64,000 bases of DNA from Eledone cirrhosa (Eukaryota): positions 22,816,001-22,880,000 of the forward strand of contig OZ024746.1 in NCBI GenBank assembly GCA_964016885.1, read 5' to 3'. The position numbers were made by a program, and so were the translations under genes. Under the pieces are notes generated by a model. The model searched no databases. It saw only the letters and a list, made by a program, of their open reading frames with translations, and was not told where the DNA came from. Every line of letters starts with the position of its first letter. Positions within the stretch are counted from its first letter, which is position 1. This document shows positions 1-14,282 of the stretch, one piece after another.

Positions 1-219
1 CCAAGAACCGCCGTTTACCACTACGGCGCCCCTACTACTTCCCCAGGAGTTAAGGGACCATACCACACTGGTGCTAATTCTTCCAATATCCCACGTTCTG
101 ACCCCCCCCTCTCTCTTATATATATTGATGTGGAAGCTGTCTGAGTTTAGGTTACCTTACTAGGAATCTACCCATCGCTAACTTTGTAAAAGTTATTATA
201 TATACATAGAAACATATAA

Positions 220-299
<80 letters not shown>

Positions 300-791
300 G
301 TGCGTGTGTGTCATAATTCCATTACTTACCACTCACTGTACATTTGCAGATCCAAATAATCAGTAATGGGTTAAAAGTAAAGCAAGAATGTAGAGTTGTA
401 GATTAGGTAGAAACGAAATCAATAAAATTGAATTAATCTACAATCTACAGGCCCTGTTCACACCCCTTCTCACTTTCTCTCGGAATTATATGAAGTTGTA
501 CCTATAGCTTAAGAAACTAATTTAGAAGAGAGTCTTTTGGCTTTGCTTAATTATCTGTCAGATTTCACATTTAGAAAACCCGAAACAGTCAATTACATGA
601 AATTATCCAGTCACAATATATCTGCCAAGCTTTATAACACTTTCAGTATTGACTGTAAACAGTTAGAAACACAGCTTGCTGTTGAACGACTAAGATGAAC
701 AAAACCAGATAAACACAGCTAGCTGTTAAACTAAACCAGGTAAACTGTGGTAAACACAACTAGGTGTTAAATAACTAAGGTGAATAAAACC

Positions 792-1090
792 ATGTAGTTT
801 TATACACCAGAACATATCAACTACATCAGTATCATTTTAGTTTTATAAGCCAGAACGTATCAACTACAACATCACCTTGTAGTCTTATAACAAAGAACTT
901 ATCAACGTCACCATTACCAAGTGGTCTTATAAGGAAGAATGTAACAACTCCACCATTACGATGTAGTTTTATAAGTTAGAACATATTAACTACACCATTA
1001 TGATGTAGTTTTATAAGCAAGAATGTAACAACTCCACCATTACCACGTGATTTTTATAAGCAATTATGTAACAACTCCACCATTACGACA
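792..1090. repeat. ~42-bp minisatellite, ~7 degenerate units
   Basis: Unit like ATGTAGTTTTATAAGnnAGAAyrTAwCAACTmCACCATTACG; unit starts at 961 and 1003 are 42 bp apart. Confidence 0.85.
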
Positions 1091-1577
1091 ATGTTAGTGT
1101 AACTGTTGTTTGATGTATTTTAATTGACTTCAGTTAAAACGAAATATTTTATATGTATTAAAATAGCGGATTAGCAGAATTGGTTGAGTGAAGAATAAAA
1201 TGTCTTGCAGCATTATATTCTGAATTCAAACCACGCCAAAGTTGATTTTGCCTTTCATCCTTCCAGTGACGATAAGATAAAATATGAGTCAAATACTGGC
1301 GTCGATATAATTGACTAAATAACTAAACACCTTCCTCAGAAATATGAAGTTGCACTCTGAGATCGACATTGCACTCTGAGATCAAATACCGCCGAAAGCG
1401 ACTTTGCCTTTCATGATTCCTGAGTTTATTGATCTAATCGATTATACTCTCTCCCAAATTTCAGGTCTTGTGCAGACGTTGTATATATGAAAACCTTCGA
1501 AAACTGTCGTACTTCCCTTTATTGTAAAGTGAATTATCGAAAAGGTCATATTATTTTTTCAATAAGACCTCCAATTT

Positions 1578-1900
1578 GAGATGGTGCATGGCTTAGTGGT
1601 TTGGGCGTTCAGCTGACGATCGTTAGGTGGTGAGTTCGATTCCTAGATTGAACAGTGCGATGTGTCCTTGAGAAAGACACCACGTTTCCCATTTCTCCAG
1701 TCTACTCAACTGGAAAACATGAATTGCGATGTCACTGCTGCTATGCTATATCATCTTTGCCTTGGACAACATTGATGAGGGAAGCCTGGTTTGCATGGGC
1801 AACTGCTGGAATTCCACAAAATCACCTTTCCCAGACTTGTGCCTTGAAGAATAACTTTCCATGTGTAAACCTATAGGTAACCATGACCGAAGGGAACATT
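1578..1900 (+). mobile_element. tRNA-derived SINE, type B (GTGTCCTTGAGCAAGACACT core), decayed
   Basis: A-box TGGCTTAGTGG, B-box GAGTTCGATTCC, then GTGTCCTTGAG. Relatives at ~1945, 14570, 39398, 60353, 63128 (+) and ~3900, 45950 (-). Confidence 0.75.
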
Positions 1901-2237
1901 TTAAGTATTCTAATCTATTTATGATCCAGCTGGAAAAAGTGAAGACACGTGGCTTAGCGGTTAGGGCGTAATGTCACATGCTAGATTCCCAGTGGTGCGT
2001 TGTGTCTTTGAGCAAGAGAATTCAGCCGGGCTTGGCTTGTTACACAATGTTACGCTGAATCTCATTGAAAGTCACATTAATGTTACACGTGTCTGTGGAA
2101 TACCCAGTCACTTGCATGTTAATTTCAAGAGTAGGCGCTTTCGTTGATAAAAACTTGAACACACGTCGTCGGAACCGATGGAGTTCCAACACAACTTATT
2201 TATAACTTTTGATGCATCTTGGAGATGTGGAATTATC

Positions 2238-2473
2238 ATTATTATAAGAATGGATTGGCAGTATTGGCAGAGTGTTGGATGCCATGCTTTGACGCATAGA
2301 GTTACGGCCCTTGCCATTCTAAGTTCAAATCCCGCCGAGGTTAACTTTGCCTTTCATCCTTACGGGGTCGATAAAATAAAGTACCAGTAATACACTAGGT
2401 AATTGTACCAGTAATACACTGGGTAATTGCTGGCCTTGTGCCTAACGTAGAAACAATTATTATAAGAATGGAT
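2238..2473 (+). mobile_element. tRNA-derived SINE, type A, with 18-bp TSD
   Basis: Head, then GTTCAAATCCCGCCGAGG, core TTTGCCTTTCATCCTTACGGGGTCGATAAAATAAAGTACCAG and tail GGCCTTGTGCCTAA..AGAAACA. Direct repeat ATTATTATAAGAATGGAT at 2238-2255 and 2456-2473. Confidence 0.85.
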
Positions 2474-4910
2474 GAAACGTAGAGCGTTTGTGGCATAGAG
2501 TTACGACTCTTTACCTTCTGAGTTCAAATCCCGTTGAGGTTAGCTATGCCTTTCATCCTTATGGGGTCGATAAAATAAAGTATCAGTAATTTGTACCTAA
2601 ATCAGAAACCACTACTATAATCTATCTTAATGGTTTTCATCGCAATATATAGGTTATTGTACCGTCCAGTTATATTCCGTTGCCAATTGTATTCGGTGAT
2701 GTTCTCGGAATTTCGAACCGAATACAACAGCCACCCGAAGAAGGTTGATACAACAACCGAAACTTGGTCACTATAACACCCAATATGGATACACAATTTA
2801 GAAAATAAAAATCAGTGTAGAATGTTTTCCACGAAAATAATTTATTAAAAAGGTGAAAATAATTGATGTTTTTTTTTGTTTGTTCGTTTGGTTTTTGTTG
2901 TTGGGTATTTTCTTTTCAAAAAGCTCTCAAAATCGTGATTGCAACAATTTAGAGAAATTAACTTTCAACTACGGCGTAGAAAGAGAGGCAGAAAGAAAAG
3001 AAAAGAAACAGAGAAAAAAATCTCTTTGAAATATGCTTCCAAATTAATAGTCTCCGAGCCTGTTAACATGATATTGAATTTTCAATATAATATCATTCGG
3101 AATGTTGCAAAGAATTTCAGTGAAACGTTATCACCACATATACTTGAACTTATTTCTAAAGTAGCTTTCTAAATACTTTTTCTCACTGTACAGGCGTCAA
3201 TATCATCTTCAATTGACAAGAGGAGTGCCACACACTTTGCCCGATGGGAGACAATCATATCTTGCAATATGGGCAAAGAAACACGCTTTTCCAATAGTTG
3301 GGAATTACCACAAATTATGTTCTGTTTTTTTTTTGTATTTTAAATTCAGACGATAAAAAACGATCAATTGATTGGTTTTGCATGAGGAATAAATTGAAAA
3401 TATAGTTGTTTTATTTTTTCCTCCTGATAAATTTAAAACTCATCTTTGGTGTTAATGAATTCAGGAAAATCTCTTCTAATCTTAGATTTTAAAATAGTAG
3501 ATTTTTTTACTGACCGTATTTTAGAAAATACGTAACAAATGCAGATGCCATTCATATGGTATTGTTCCGTAACTCCCGTTGGAGTTGTATCGGCACCATA
3601 TGGACGTTTCTTGGACATTTTAAAACCAAGCGGAGCCCAACAGATTTCTTTCAGAGACGGATAGAAAGTGGGAAAGAGGAAGTGAGAAAGATATAGTGGA
3701 AGAATCTACCCCAGTACTAAACAGGTCCATTCTTTATCGACCTCGAAAGGATGAAAGGCAAAGTGTTTTTGTGGAAAACCAGCAGTCACCGATGCATTCC
3801 AGTCTTCCTTCTCCCTGCCACCGATGTTGTCCAAGAGAAAGGCAAAGGCCGATGCAACTCATTTCTACAGCCGAGTGAACTGAAGCAAGGTAAAATTGCT
3901 TAAGGATACAACGCATCCCCCGATCGTGGAGTCAAACTCACAACCTCACGATTGCGAGTCAAACTCACAACCTCACGATTGCGAGTCAAACTCTCTAACC
4001 ACTAAGCCACGCGTCTTCCTGTAGATAAACTATGCGTGTAATCTACAGGAACAACCTTCTTACACACTGTGTGACATTGAATCTACTAAAACATTACTTT
4101 AAAGATACACGTGTCTGTGTAATACTGAATCACTTACACGTTGACTTCGCGAGCAGGCTGTGATCTGTTGATCAAACAACTGGAACACACATCTTCAGTG
4201 GTTCAAATTAATTTTATCAATGACATCATGAACATGATGCTGATCTATCAAACACCACTACCACCAACATCCAACAACAACAGCAACACCAACAATAACA
4301 AAAACACCACCACAACCAACAACAACAACAGCATCAATCACAACGTAACAAGTGCTGATAAGGGCTATGTTGATGACAAACGTATTGATAAAGTTATCAA
4401 AATATGAGTGGCGTGTTGGTGTAAACAACAAAGATGCATTTGTTGATTTCTAGTATCAATGAATACATCAGACTAGCATTGTATGCAGTTTCAAATTGAG
4501 CCAAGATTAATTTGATCCTCCCGTTGTTTGAGTTTGTGTTAGCAACAAATGTAATGATATCGCTAGATAGTTTGTAAGGTATGGAGAAGAAAGAAGTTCA
4601 TCAAGAAGAGTCCCGTGTGGTGGACTGGCTCTTGCAGCTTATCTCCCCTTGCTATCTTTTGGGGGTTACTAACACATTCACACATTCATTTCGTCTATCG
4701 GGGTCACGAAACCATAAAAACATTGCATGACAAGCTGTGGTTTCGTTCGTTTTATTTGTATTCTCGAAATAAAGGCCTGTATGTTTGTAAGTGGACACAG
4801 CATGAAAGAAAGGTTAAAAAGTTGGCTTCGCAATTGCATAGTCCCGAGGCCTATACCGCTGCGTGTCATCTTGGGTAAGTGGCATTTACCATAGCCTGGA
4901 GTCGACTCAT

Positions 4911-4965
<55 letters not shown>

Positions 4966-4967
<2 letters not shown>

Positions 4968-5897
4968 ATATAAATCTCTCACCCAGAGAAATCGGAAGAT
5001 CCTATTCAATGTGAAAAAATTGACCAATTTACAGGAAAAGTTGTGCATGGATACTTGAGACGTAAAACACAGACCATAGAGGGGATAAACCACTCAAAAA
5101 GCCTGACATAGAGTTCCGACAGGTTTATGATATCACACCTTGAGGGATATCTCTATGCAATACAGGAACAAGAACTCCCTACCAAATATCTGCTGCACAA
5201 AAGGGGAGGGCCATCAGCTGACAATAAATGTAGGCTATGTAAAACAAAGATCGAGGATGTAAGCCACATTGTTGCCAGCTGCGAAAGAATGTCATCTCGC
5301 TACTACCTCCCTATGAGACACGATGGGATAGCTACAACCATCTGGAACGCACTTCGGAAAACAAAATTAACAACAAACGAGGAAGAATATATTGAGACAG
5401 ATGGCACTAAGGAATACTGGTAGAACCTGAAAATAAAAACTGCCACCAAATTAAAGCACAACCGGCCTGATATTGTTGTTTGGGACCACATATTGAAAAC
5501 GTGTTCTGTTGTGGAGATCAGCTGCCCACTTGATGTAAACGTTGTCAGAAAAATACAGGAGAAGGAGGACATCTACGGACCATTGATGAGGAGTTTACAA
5601 ATCCAGTATCCAAAATACACCTTTAGCTTCATACCCATCATTATTGGATCTACGGGTTATATACCAACACGCTTGGACCAAAGTATGACTGAACTTGGAT
5701 TTGCGGACAAAGAGCGCAGCTCCCTAATTCATAGTTTGCAAATGGTTACGATAGCTGGCACCTTCAAAATTTGCAAAACATTCTTGCGATTCAAGGGATG
5801 ACAATTTCTTTTCTTTTACAACCTTGCCACCAGGAAGGTGGCCGGTCAAAAAAATATACTCGAAATTAAGAGAAAGAGATAACATACATACATACAT
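4966..5897 (+). mobile_element. 5'-truncated non-LTR retrotransposon with CCHC knuckle and restriction-like endonuclease (R4/Dong-like); pseudo-ORF ~5030-5801
   Basis: One frame with two TAG stops (5109-11, 5421-23): KVVHGY..EGYLYAIQEQEL..CRLC..SHIVASC..RHD..W*N..HNRPDIVVWD..VEISCPLD..KE..Y..IPIIIGSTG. The 3' UTR ends in (TACA)n. Confidence 0.9.
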
Positions 5898-6269
5898 GGT
5901 GGCTGCCAACTCGTTTTCGAGTACGGCCACTACTTTATATCCATGTAGGAGAAGTCCTACTGATGCGCTGAACGAGTGTGACTTTTTACTCCAGCCAGCA
6001 ACTTGAAAACTCTGGTACAAACACTACACTTGTGACAATTATTGACACATAGTGCTGGGCCCATGGTACCATGTGATGACAAGTGCAGAGAGATCTCCAG
6101 ATATAAAGCAATGCCTGTGCCGTGAAGCTTTTATAGTGAGCAAAGGCACTGCACAAAGCCAGTCCCACTCTCTTAACCAAGATGATATTTACCAAAAAGA
6201 AGAACAAGTCAACATCATTGTATACCATCAGGGTTGCAGGTGTTATATCAGAGTTTTCCTCTCCTAGAA

Positions 6270-6270
<1 letters not shown>
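5896..6270. mobile_element. (TACA)n-associated non-coding element, partial copy
   Basis: Near-identical to 49955-50330 and 50603-50825. All copies begin ATGGTGGCTGCCAACTCG right after (TACA)n. Confidence 0.8.
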
Positions 6271-6300
<30 letters not shown>

Positions 6301-6310
6301 GATACATACA

Positions 6311-6341
<31 letters not shown>

Positions 6342-6344
6342 CCA

Positions 6345-6655
6345 TACAAATCCAGTATCCAAGATACACCTTTAGCTTCATACCCATCATTATTGGAGCT
6401 ACGAGTTATATACCAACCCGCTTGGACAAAAGTATGACTGAACTTGGATTTGCGGACAAAAAGCGCAGCTCCCTAATTCATAGTCTACAAATGGCTGCGA
6501 TAGCTGGCACCTTCAAAATTTGCAAAACATTCTTGCGATTCAAGGGATGACAATTTCTTTTCTTTTACAACCTTGCCACCAGGAAGGTGGCCGGTCAAAA
6601 CAAATATACTTGAAATTAAGAGAAAGAGATAACATACATACATACATACATACAT
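6345..6655 (+). mobile_element. Second, heavily 5'-truncated copy of the RLE LINE 3' end
   Basis: Near-identical to 5597-5897 and flanked on both sides by (TACA)n. Confidence 0.9.
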
Positions 6656-6929
6656 TGCTACTGTCGCAATTATTGTCTGGCCGCTAACCTTGTACTATTG
6701 TGGAAACTAGTTGCGCTTGGCACAGATTTGTTCACATCATTAATGAGTAACCGTCTACAACGTTATCTCCCCAACTTGGGGTGATGGGTTGTAGGAGATG
6801 TGATAATTTAAATTATAGTTCTGTTATATATACGTAGAAAATAGATAGCCAAGCTATTGATAACCCTTTCTCTGTTATTTTTAGAGTGACACCACTATCA
6901 GTGAGTTTCGACTAATTTCGCTCCTTTGT

Positions 6930-7325
6930 TACAACAGAGCGAGTCCTTTCAGCACGACCCCATTAAGAAGAGCTTCGTCATAGTCAGTTTCCCTGTCCAA
7001 ACTGGAGCCTATCGGTTTCAATCACAGTTACTTTCCCAGTTTGAGGGACTGAGTCACTTATCTGGGCTACCGCATCTTCAATCCAACTCAACGACACAAA
7101 AGCAGGTGCTGCTTTACGCAACTCAGAGGAACGAGCGAATAATAAATAAATATCAGGTATTGACTGACCATTTTGCCACTGAAACCTCTCGCGTCTTCGA
7201 TCCCTGGACTGCCGTTTTCCTCTACCAACTCGGAAGAAGGGCATTAGGCCCGGGGAAGGAGTCTGCTGAGGTAGATTGGCTAATATAAAGGGCATCACTG
7301 ATATATAGAGGGTATATCTAATGTT
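6930..7325 (+). mobile_element. Decayed C-terminal RLE region of a CRE-like non-LTR retrotransposon
   Basis: With frameshifts: ..NKYQVL..FATETSRVFDPWTAVFLYQLGRR...EVDWLI*RASL, resembling the K..KY..L..ET.G...FL..LG.R...WL.QRIS signature. Confidence 0.6.
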
Positions 7326-7454
7326 GTAGAATTTGTTCCTCACCATTTTTTAATTATTTTTTCTACTCTTTTTGTTTGTCAAGTTTGTTAACAAAGGAGA
7401 AAGAGTTGTATTCATTCCATTTTGTACATCTAAACACAATTTGTTTAATGAATA

Positions 7455-7640
7455 TAATTGCTTCTACTTTTGGCACAAGGGCAGCAATTATCCCAGTGTA
7501 TTACTGGTACTTTATTTTATCGACCCCGTAAGGATGAAAGGCAAAGTTAACCTCGGCGGGATTTGAACTCAGACCATAAAGGGCCGTAACTCTTTGCTGC
7601 AAAGCATGGCGTCCGACCCTCTACCGATACTGCCAATACG
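7455..7640 (-). mobile_element. SINE type A
   Basis: Reverse complement of the type A consensus (CTGGTACTTTATTTTATCGACCCCGTAAGGATGAAAGGCAAAG). Confidence 0.85.
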
Positions 7641-10210
7641 ACGGTGAATTGGCAGAGTCGTTAGAATGTCGGATAGAATGCTTAGCAGTATTTGTTTCGA
7701 CTCTCTACTCGATGAGTTTAAATCCTACCGAGGACAATTTTGCCTTTTATCCTTTCGAGGTCGATAAAAAAAATACCATTCTTTCTTTATATCTCTTTCT
7801 CACGTCTTCCATTCTCTCATTCTTTCTATCTTTCTCTGTAAGAAATCCGCTGTATTCAGAGCTGGAGAGGATTGGGCTCCGCCGGGTTTTACTATGGCCT
7901 AGCAACGCCGTCAATATGGCGCCCCTACGACTACTTCAATCAAGAAAAAAGAAAGTATCATTGTAAAAGACTATAAAAGAAAGGAAAAGGAGGGAAAGGG
8001 CAAGAATTATTAAGCAACGAAAGAAAGGTGGAAGAGGAGAAGGTTACATACTCTACACCTAAGTTAAAATAGTGTTTCTGCTGCGCCCCTCGGACAAAAT
8101 GGCAATGGTAATTTGTTAATTACTTGAAATTTTATTAATATTTCAAAACGGAAAAATAGTGTAAAGGCAATGGCTCTAGGGTCACAGAAGACTTTTTAAT
8201 GTATTGTTCAATAAAAGTAGCGTGGCCCACGGTTACATTTTAATGAGTTTTATGACCGTAACAATGTTAGGATTTCTTTTCTGTTAATTTTTACTTGTAC
8301 CATGGATTTAATTATTGGACTACGCTCAATCAAGTGTTTTAATCAATTATATCGACTACAGTACTTTGTCTGGTGCTCATTTTATCGATCTCTAAATAAG
8401 ACGAAAAGCAAAGTCGGTCGAACGTAAAGGGTGCTTTTGTTCAATGTACCTATTCTGCTCCTTCAAGTCAAAACATTCCAGTGTCAAATACATTATATAT
8501 AAGGGTTTCTGATTAAGGCAAAAGGCCCCATTTTTTTTTTGGGGGGGGGGGGGGTATTAGATCGTCCCAATGCATTATTAGTGCTTTATTTTATCGATTC
8601 TGTAAGGATGAAAAGCAGAGCTAACCTCGGCAGGATTTGAACTCAGAAGGCAAAGCGACGTAATTATGCCATAAAGCATTTTTACGACGCCCTACTGTTA
8701 CTGTCAATCCATTGTTCTTAATACATTATATATATTGACAGACTTCCACAGTTTCCGTCGACCTGTGCGAATATATAGAAGCCACTTGCCCAATATGCTG
8801 AAGGTGCCCAAATCTCTCAACCACACAGTCATTATCTTAAATTGCTAAAATTAAAATGTGAAGGAAATATAAGTCTATAAAAGGGGAAGAAAGTTCATTA
8901 GAAATGAAGAAATGTAGATAATTTCTAATTGGATCACTTTATTTTCGATCATCGATCTGTCGTTTTCACGAAGTAAATGAAGCAGTCAAACATGAAACAT
9001 TGTGATATCGATCGTAAAACCGGTGATGAAATACGTAATGGCATCAAATCGGACCAAGGAAATTATATTTCCATTAGTCTTTCCATTGCAGGTAATATTT
9101 ACGGGTCACAACCTCTGGCAGGGGCATCTCAGCTTTTCATAAGACAGGAGACAGGATTTGATTTCAGAATACATAAAGCCGGAATACTTACTGTAAGACA
9201 TCCCGTTTACTGCTTGAACAATTTCGACAATCTACCAAACCACGGACTGGTACTTTAGGTCTCGACCATGCAAGGATGACAGGCAAAGTTGGCTGCAGTG
9301 GATTAGAACCCTAGGGTTCAAATTCCACTGCAAAAGAAATGCAAGGAAATATTCGACGTCCTGGTGAATCTACCAATTTTCCGCCTTCATTTTTTATAAT
9401 ATACTTATTCATATTTATAAATACATTTTGACGACAGAAAATAGTCTAATAATTGTTTCTGATTTGGGCATAAGGCGAATAATTTTGGAGGAGGGGAAAA
9501 TCGATTAAATCGACCCCAATGCATTACTGGTACTTTATTTCATCGATCCCGTAATGATGAAAGGTAAAGCTAACTTCAGCGGAATTTGAACTCAAAACAT
9601 AAAGCGACATAACACTCTGCGGCAAAGCATGATGTCCGACGCTCTAAGGATATTCCTAATCCACCGCTCTGGAAAATAGTCTATAAGCTCTTAGAATGGA
9701 AAAAATGTGTTTATTATTAGATTACTTTCTGAAGTGAAAGGAACGGTTACTAATTCAATTTCATCGCTATTTTCTAATCACGAGATGTATACTTATATTT
9801 CAACCGAGCAATTTGGAAAAAATACAATGTACCATCAACAAGGACATTACTAAATATTTAAAAAACAAATATATATCTTGCACAACTGTTACACTCCTCC
9901 TCGTCGCAACCGGTGGAGATCCAATGCGGTATATGTTGCAAATTGTAGGCCAGAGTTTAGTATAGGAACACGTCTTTTGAAGGTGAATGTCATAGACTTA
10001 TATGACATATTGTGAAATATGTTCGTATTAACTCCAGACAGAATAATTCAGAATACTGTATACCCCTAAGCAGTGTAGGATAGATTAGTAAATGTTACTG
10101 GTTGGATAAATAACTCATTTAGAATAATTATGTAAATCAGTACAGTATTTTCAAAAATGTTGTCCCCGCCAGGAAAAAATGTAAGAGAAGATCTGTTCTA
10201 TTGTTTAGAT

Positions 10211-10359
10211 ATTATTTAGATGCATATTCTGAGTTCAAATCCCGCCGAGGTTGACTTTGCCTTTCACCCCTATGGGGTCGATAAAATAAAGTACCAGTAA
10301 TGCACTGGGTAATTGCTGGCCTTGTGCCTAAAGTAGAAACAATTATTTAGATGCATATT
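10211..10359 (+). mobile_element. 5'-truncated SINE type A with 18-bp TSD
   Basis: ATTATTTAGATGCATATT at 10211-10228 and 10342-10359 flanks the core and tail. Confidence 0.85.
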
Positions 10360-10769
10360 ATATTGTTTGTTTTCTAAGTTCTCTAAACTTAAACCATGCG
10401 CTGGATGTCTCCAATGAACCAATCTAAATGAATCAACATTCTATTAAAACTATTTAACCAAAAAAAAAAGGGGGAATTTATGTAATTACATATTTTTATG
10501 TTCTTGAGCAAGCCGGGCATAGCCGGGTATGGCTACCAGTATTCCATTGTAACAACACGCAGGTCGTCAATTATGTAAGAACATTACTCCACAATATGTT
10601 ATTGTTTTAGTTGGTGTTCACTAAGAAGAACAACAACAACGATTTTAGGAAATCTAAAAGAGAAACTAATTATTATTGACCAAAACTGATTTGAAAATTA
10701 TGGGATTGAAAATGACGACTTCCAGCAAATCTGTAACGATTTGATAATAAATTAAATGTGGAAGTTATA

Positions 10770-11330
10770 ACTCGACATGAATTATTTCAACATCACATTT
10801 CTAATTTAATACTTAACGTCCTGTACCACATGAAACAGCATTAGCAAGACATTACTGAAAACATAAAACAGCATTATGACTGCAACACATTAAATCTTAG
10901 TCTTTAATCCAACACTGCGGATTATCACGACAATCGGTCAACTAATAAAGTTACTGTAAACATTTGAATTAACAAAGTGTATGAAGCCACATTAGCAAGA
11001 CATTAGTGAAAAGTACGAAACAGCTCCATGACAGCCTCACATTAAAAACTACAGCCTTTGCTTCGAATACAGAGAATTTTCAACAGCAATCTGTCGACTA
11101 GAACAGGAACTATAAACTTCTGAATTAACAAACCACACGAAACTACATTAGAGGGCGATTTTGAAAAGTACAAAACAGCAATATCACCACATCACATTAA
11201 AAATTAACATTTTTACACTAATACTGGGAATTTTCACAACATTTTGCTCACGGGAAAAATACCATAAATAAATAAACAAACCGCATGAAACCATTGGCCA
11301 AACATTTTTTAAAATACGGAACACCTGTTA
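10770..11330. repeat. Degenerate ~150-bp tandem repeat, ~4 units
   Basis: CATTAGCAAGACATT..GAAAA-like anchor recurs at ~10839, 10990, 11146 and 11292. Confidence 0.65.
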
Positions 11331-13423
11331 TGATTCTATGAGGAATAAATAAGTATGATTTGTTCACTTATAGATTGTTTTTTTTTTACTTTGATTTTAG
11401 CAAACACGGTCACTGCTATGCTGGAGCAAGGTCTGAGAGTAATATATTTTCAAAATAAATTACCAAAACACTATGGAAAAAACATAGAGAAAACATAAGC
11501 TTCGGCTGAATTACAACACTGGGTTAATGGACCTTCCTCGGTTTCTATGATGAGTATTGCAGTTGTTCGATCAACAGTCTGATTTAGCAATCGTAGATGA
11601 AGTCATGCTGGAGCACGGTTTTAGAGTCACATATAATTTTCAAAATAAATAAACAAAGTTCTATCGAAAAATACATATTAGTACATTTGGTAAATGAAGA
11701 AGTCGAAGGAATTGGTTCGACAGAGATAGGGGGGGGGAGAAGGAGGAACAGATAGGTAAATATATAGAGAAAGAGAGATAGCGAAAAAGAAAGGGGGGGG
11801 GGGAGAAAGCAATTTTGGAGGGTTTGAAGTTGAGAGAGAATAAGAGCGAGAATAAGAGGAGAACGGTTTAAAAACGGGGGGGGGGGCATTGACTGTATAA
11901 TGAGGGGAGGGGTGTCTGTTGAACAAGTCAGGAATTTCAATGGAGAGGAGTGGATCTCCGTCAGTTTCGAGGATGAGTGTTCCAGTTGTTTGATCAACGG
12001 AAAAAAGCCTGCTGGTGAAATTAAGATGGCATTGGTTGAGTAGTGGACACACACTCGGGAATCATTGACATAAGTAACAGGGATATTCAGCGTGACACAG
12101 TTGACCGTTTGAATTACAGCTACAGTCCATCCAACGGGCTTCCAAACAGATTCTGTCTACCCAGCACCACTAACAAGAGGCTATGGTAAATAACACTTGC
12201 CCAAGATGTCAGGCAGTGGAACCCTGGATTTTATAGTTGCAAAGCGAACTACTTTACGTTCAGCCATGTTACATTGATTTTGTAGAATCTTTGTGATTGA
12301 ACGAGATTGTGATGAAAGGGTCGTTTGCGTTGCAAAAATTAAAATAGTAATATCATTGAAAACCCACAAAAACTATTTCGCTAACCCATTTGTTACTATA
12401 GTTTTCATGAAAAACTGCCTACGATATTCAAATTATTTTGAAAATAATCAAGAATTTAGGGGTGCTTTGAACATAACTTAACATAACTTAACAAAGTTTC
12501 TTACATAGAATTATAATGGAAGGTTTTGAGAGATGAATATAATATAAACACTTGAAAACAGTTTTTTGTAATAGAACCAGGGATGTTTTCAGGTGTTTGG
12601 CAATCAAAAGGGTTCCAACAGAAAAACAGATTCACAGTTTAAATATCAAGTTGACCACGATAGAGGATAAATACTCTATCTTTGATATTGTATTCTTATT
12701 AACCTCATGACTAAATCGTCATAAACATTTGCCAATCAATCGTATTTATCCACATGACTTATCCTTACAAAAGCAACTACAATATTATTCAAATATTTCT
12801 CTAAACAATTATTTTAGTTTCTCTGTTCTTTTTTTTCTCTCCCATTCAATTATTGTCAGTCTGGTTTTACATGCACATCTCATAGTATTTAATAATATAG
12901 AAACAGTTGGTGTTGTATAGGGTGAGAAACTCGTGACGTTCGCCTGTTATTTTTTTACAATTGTAAAGTACACTGAGAAATGATCTCAATATAAAAAATA
13001 TAAGTACCAGTCATGTACTGAGGGTGAAATAATCAATTTTAACCCCCACTAGCACTACCGCAAAAACATATGATACCTTGTTCCTGTATGCTATAAAATC
13101 AATATTTCTGTGATATAAAATAAAGTACCAGTCATGTACGGTGTGAATACAATCGATTATAAGCCTGCCACAATATTTAAGGCCTTCTTCCTGATACAAA
13201 TCAATATTACTACTATATAAATAAAATAAAGTACCGGTTATATACTAAAATCGATATGATTTACTATAACCCTCCCCCAATTCGAAAGATATGGTATGGA
13301 CTGGAGAGCATCGACAAAATCCTTTGCGGTATTTTGTTTTGTATCTTTACGTGCTAAGTTCAAATCCAGTCGAGCTCGAGCTCAATAAAAATTATACAGT
13401 ACCCCTTTAGTGTGTGGTCTACC

Positions 13424-13640
13424 TGTTCATTTACACTTTAGTGTGTGGTCTACCTGGCCATATACACATTAAAGCGTGGTCTATCTGGTCTAGCGTGTGG
13501 TCTACCTGGTCATTTATACTTTTAACGTCTGGTCTACCTGGTCATTTATCACTTTAGCGTTTGGAATACCTGGTCATTTATACTTTAACATGCAGTCTAC
13601 CGAGTCATTTACTCTTTAACGTGAGGTTTACATGGTAATT
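13424..13640. repeat. ~30-bp minisatellite
   Basis: Repeated CTTTAGyGTGTGGTCTACCTGGTCATTTAyA. Confidence 0.85.
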
Positions 13641-13986
13641 TATTTATCACCCTCGAAAGGATAAAAGGCAAAGTTGATCTCGACGAGATTTCAAACTCGA
13701 GCAAAGTTAGCAAAACAAATAATGATGTTCTACCGACAAGCAAGATACTTACAATGAATCGGTAGAGCGACGGGCAAAATGCCGTAGTGTTTTAGTTATG
13801 GCCCTTTACATTTAAGAGTACAGCGTGCAAGCTACCTGCACAACAAAACATTTGATATGAGTATATCTATATACACATTGGTGCAATCTCGGTTACCTAT
13901 TTTGTATTTATACAGATATAACTTTATCGTACATTTCGACAGCTAGTGCACATGTATATATATATATATACAAATATATATATATA

Positions 13987-14117
<131 letters not shown>

Positions 14118-14238
14118 AGGGTGGCGCCAAAGTCACTCGACCATTTTAAAATATAACAACATTTTTGCAATTAATCTTTTCAATTAAAAAAGGTTATTAT
14201 ATTTTGAAATGGTCTAAAGACGTTTGGTCCAGCCTGTA

Positions 14239-14282
<44 letters not shown>

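Noticed and set aside
5109-5423. Both LINE stops appear to be TGG>TAG, which A-to-I editing could in principle restore
   Set aside because: The copy is 5'-truncated and lacks the RT, and Trp codons are the easiest route to nonsense mutations. Nothing here supports editing.
5898-5935. HDV-like ribozyme at the start of the TACA-associated element
   Set aside because: A 7-bp G-initiated stem exists, but there is no room for P2/P3, and no P1.1 or GG junction could be built.
10508-10540. Helitron-like 3' hairpin CCGGGCATAGCCGGG
   Set aside because: The terminal CTAG is degenerate and no matching 5' end was found.
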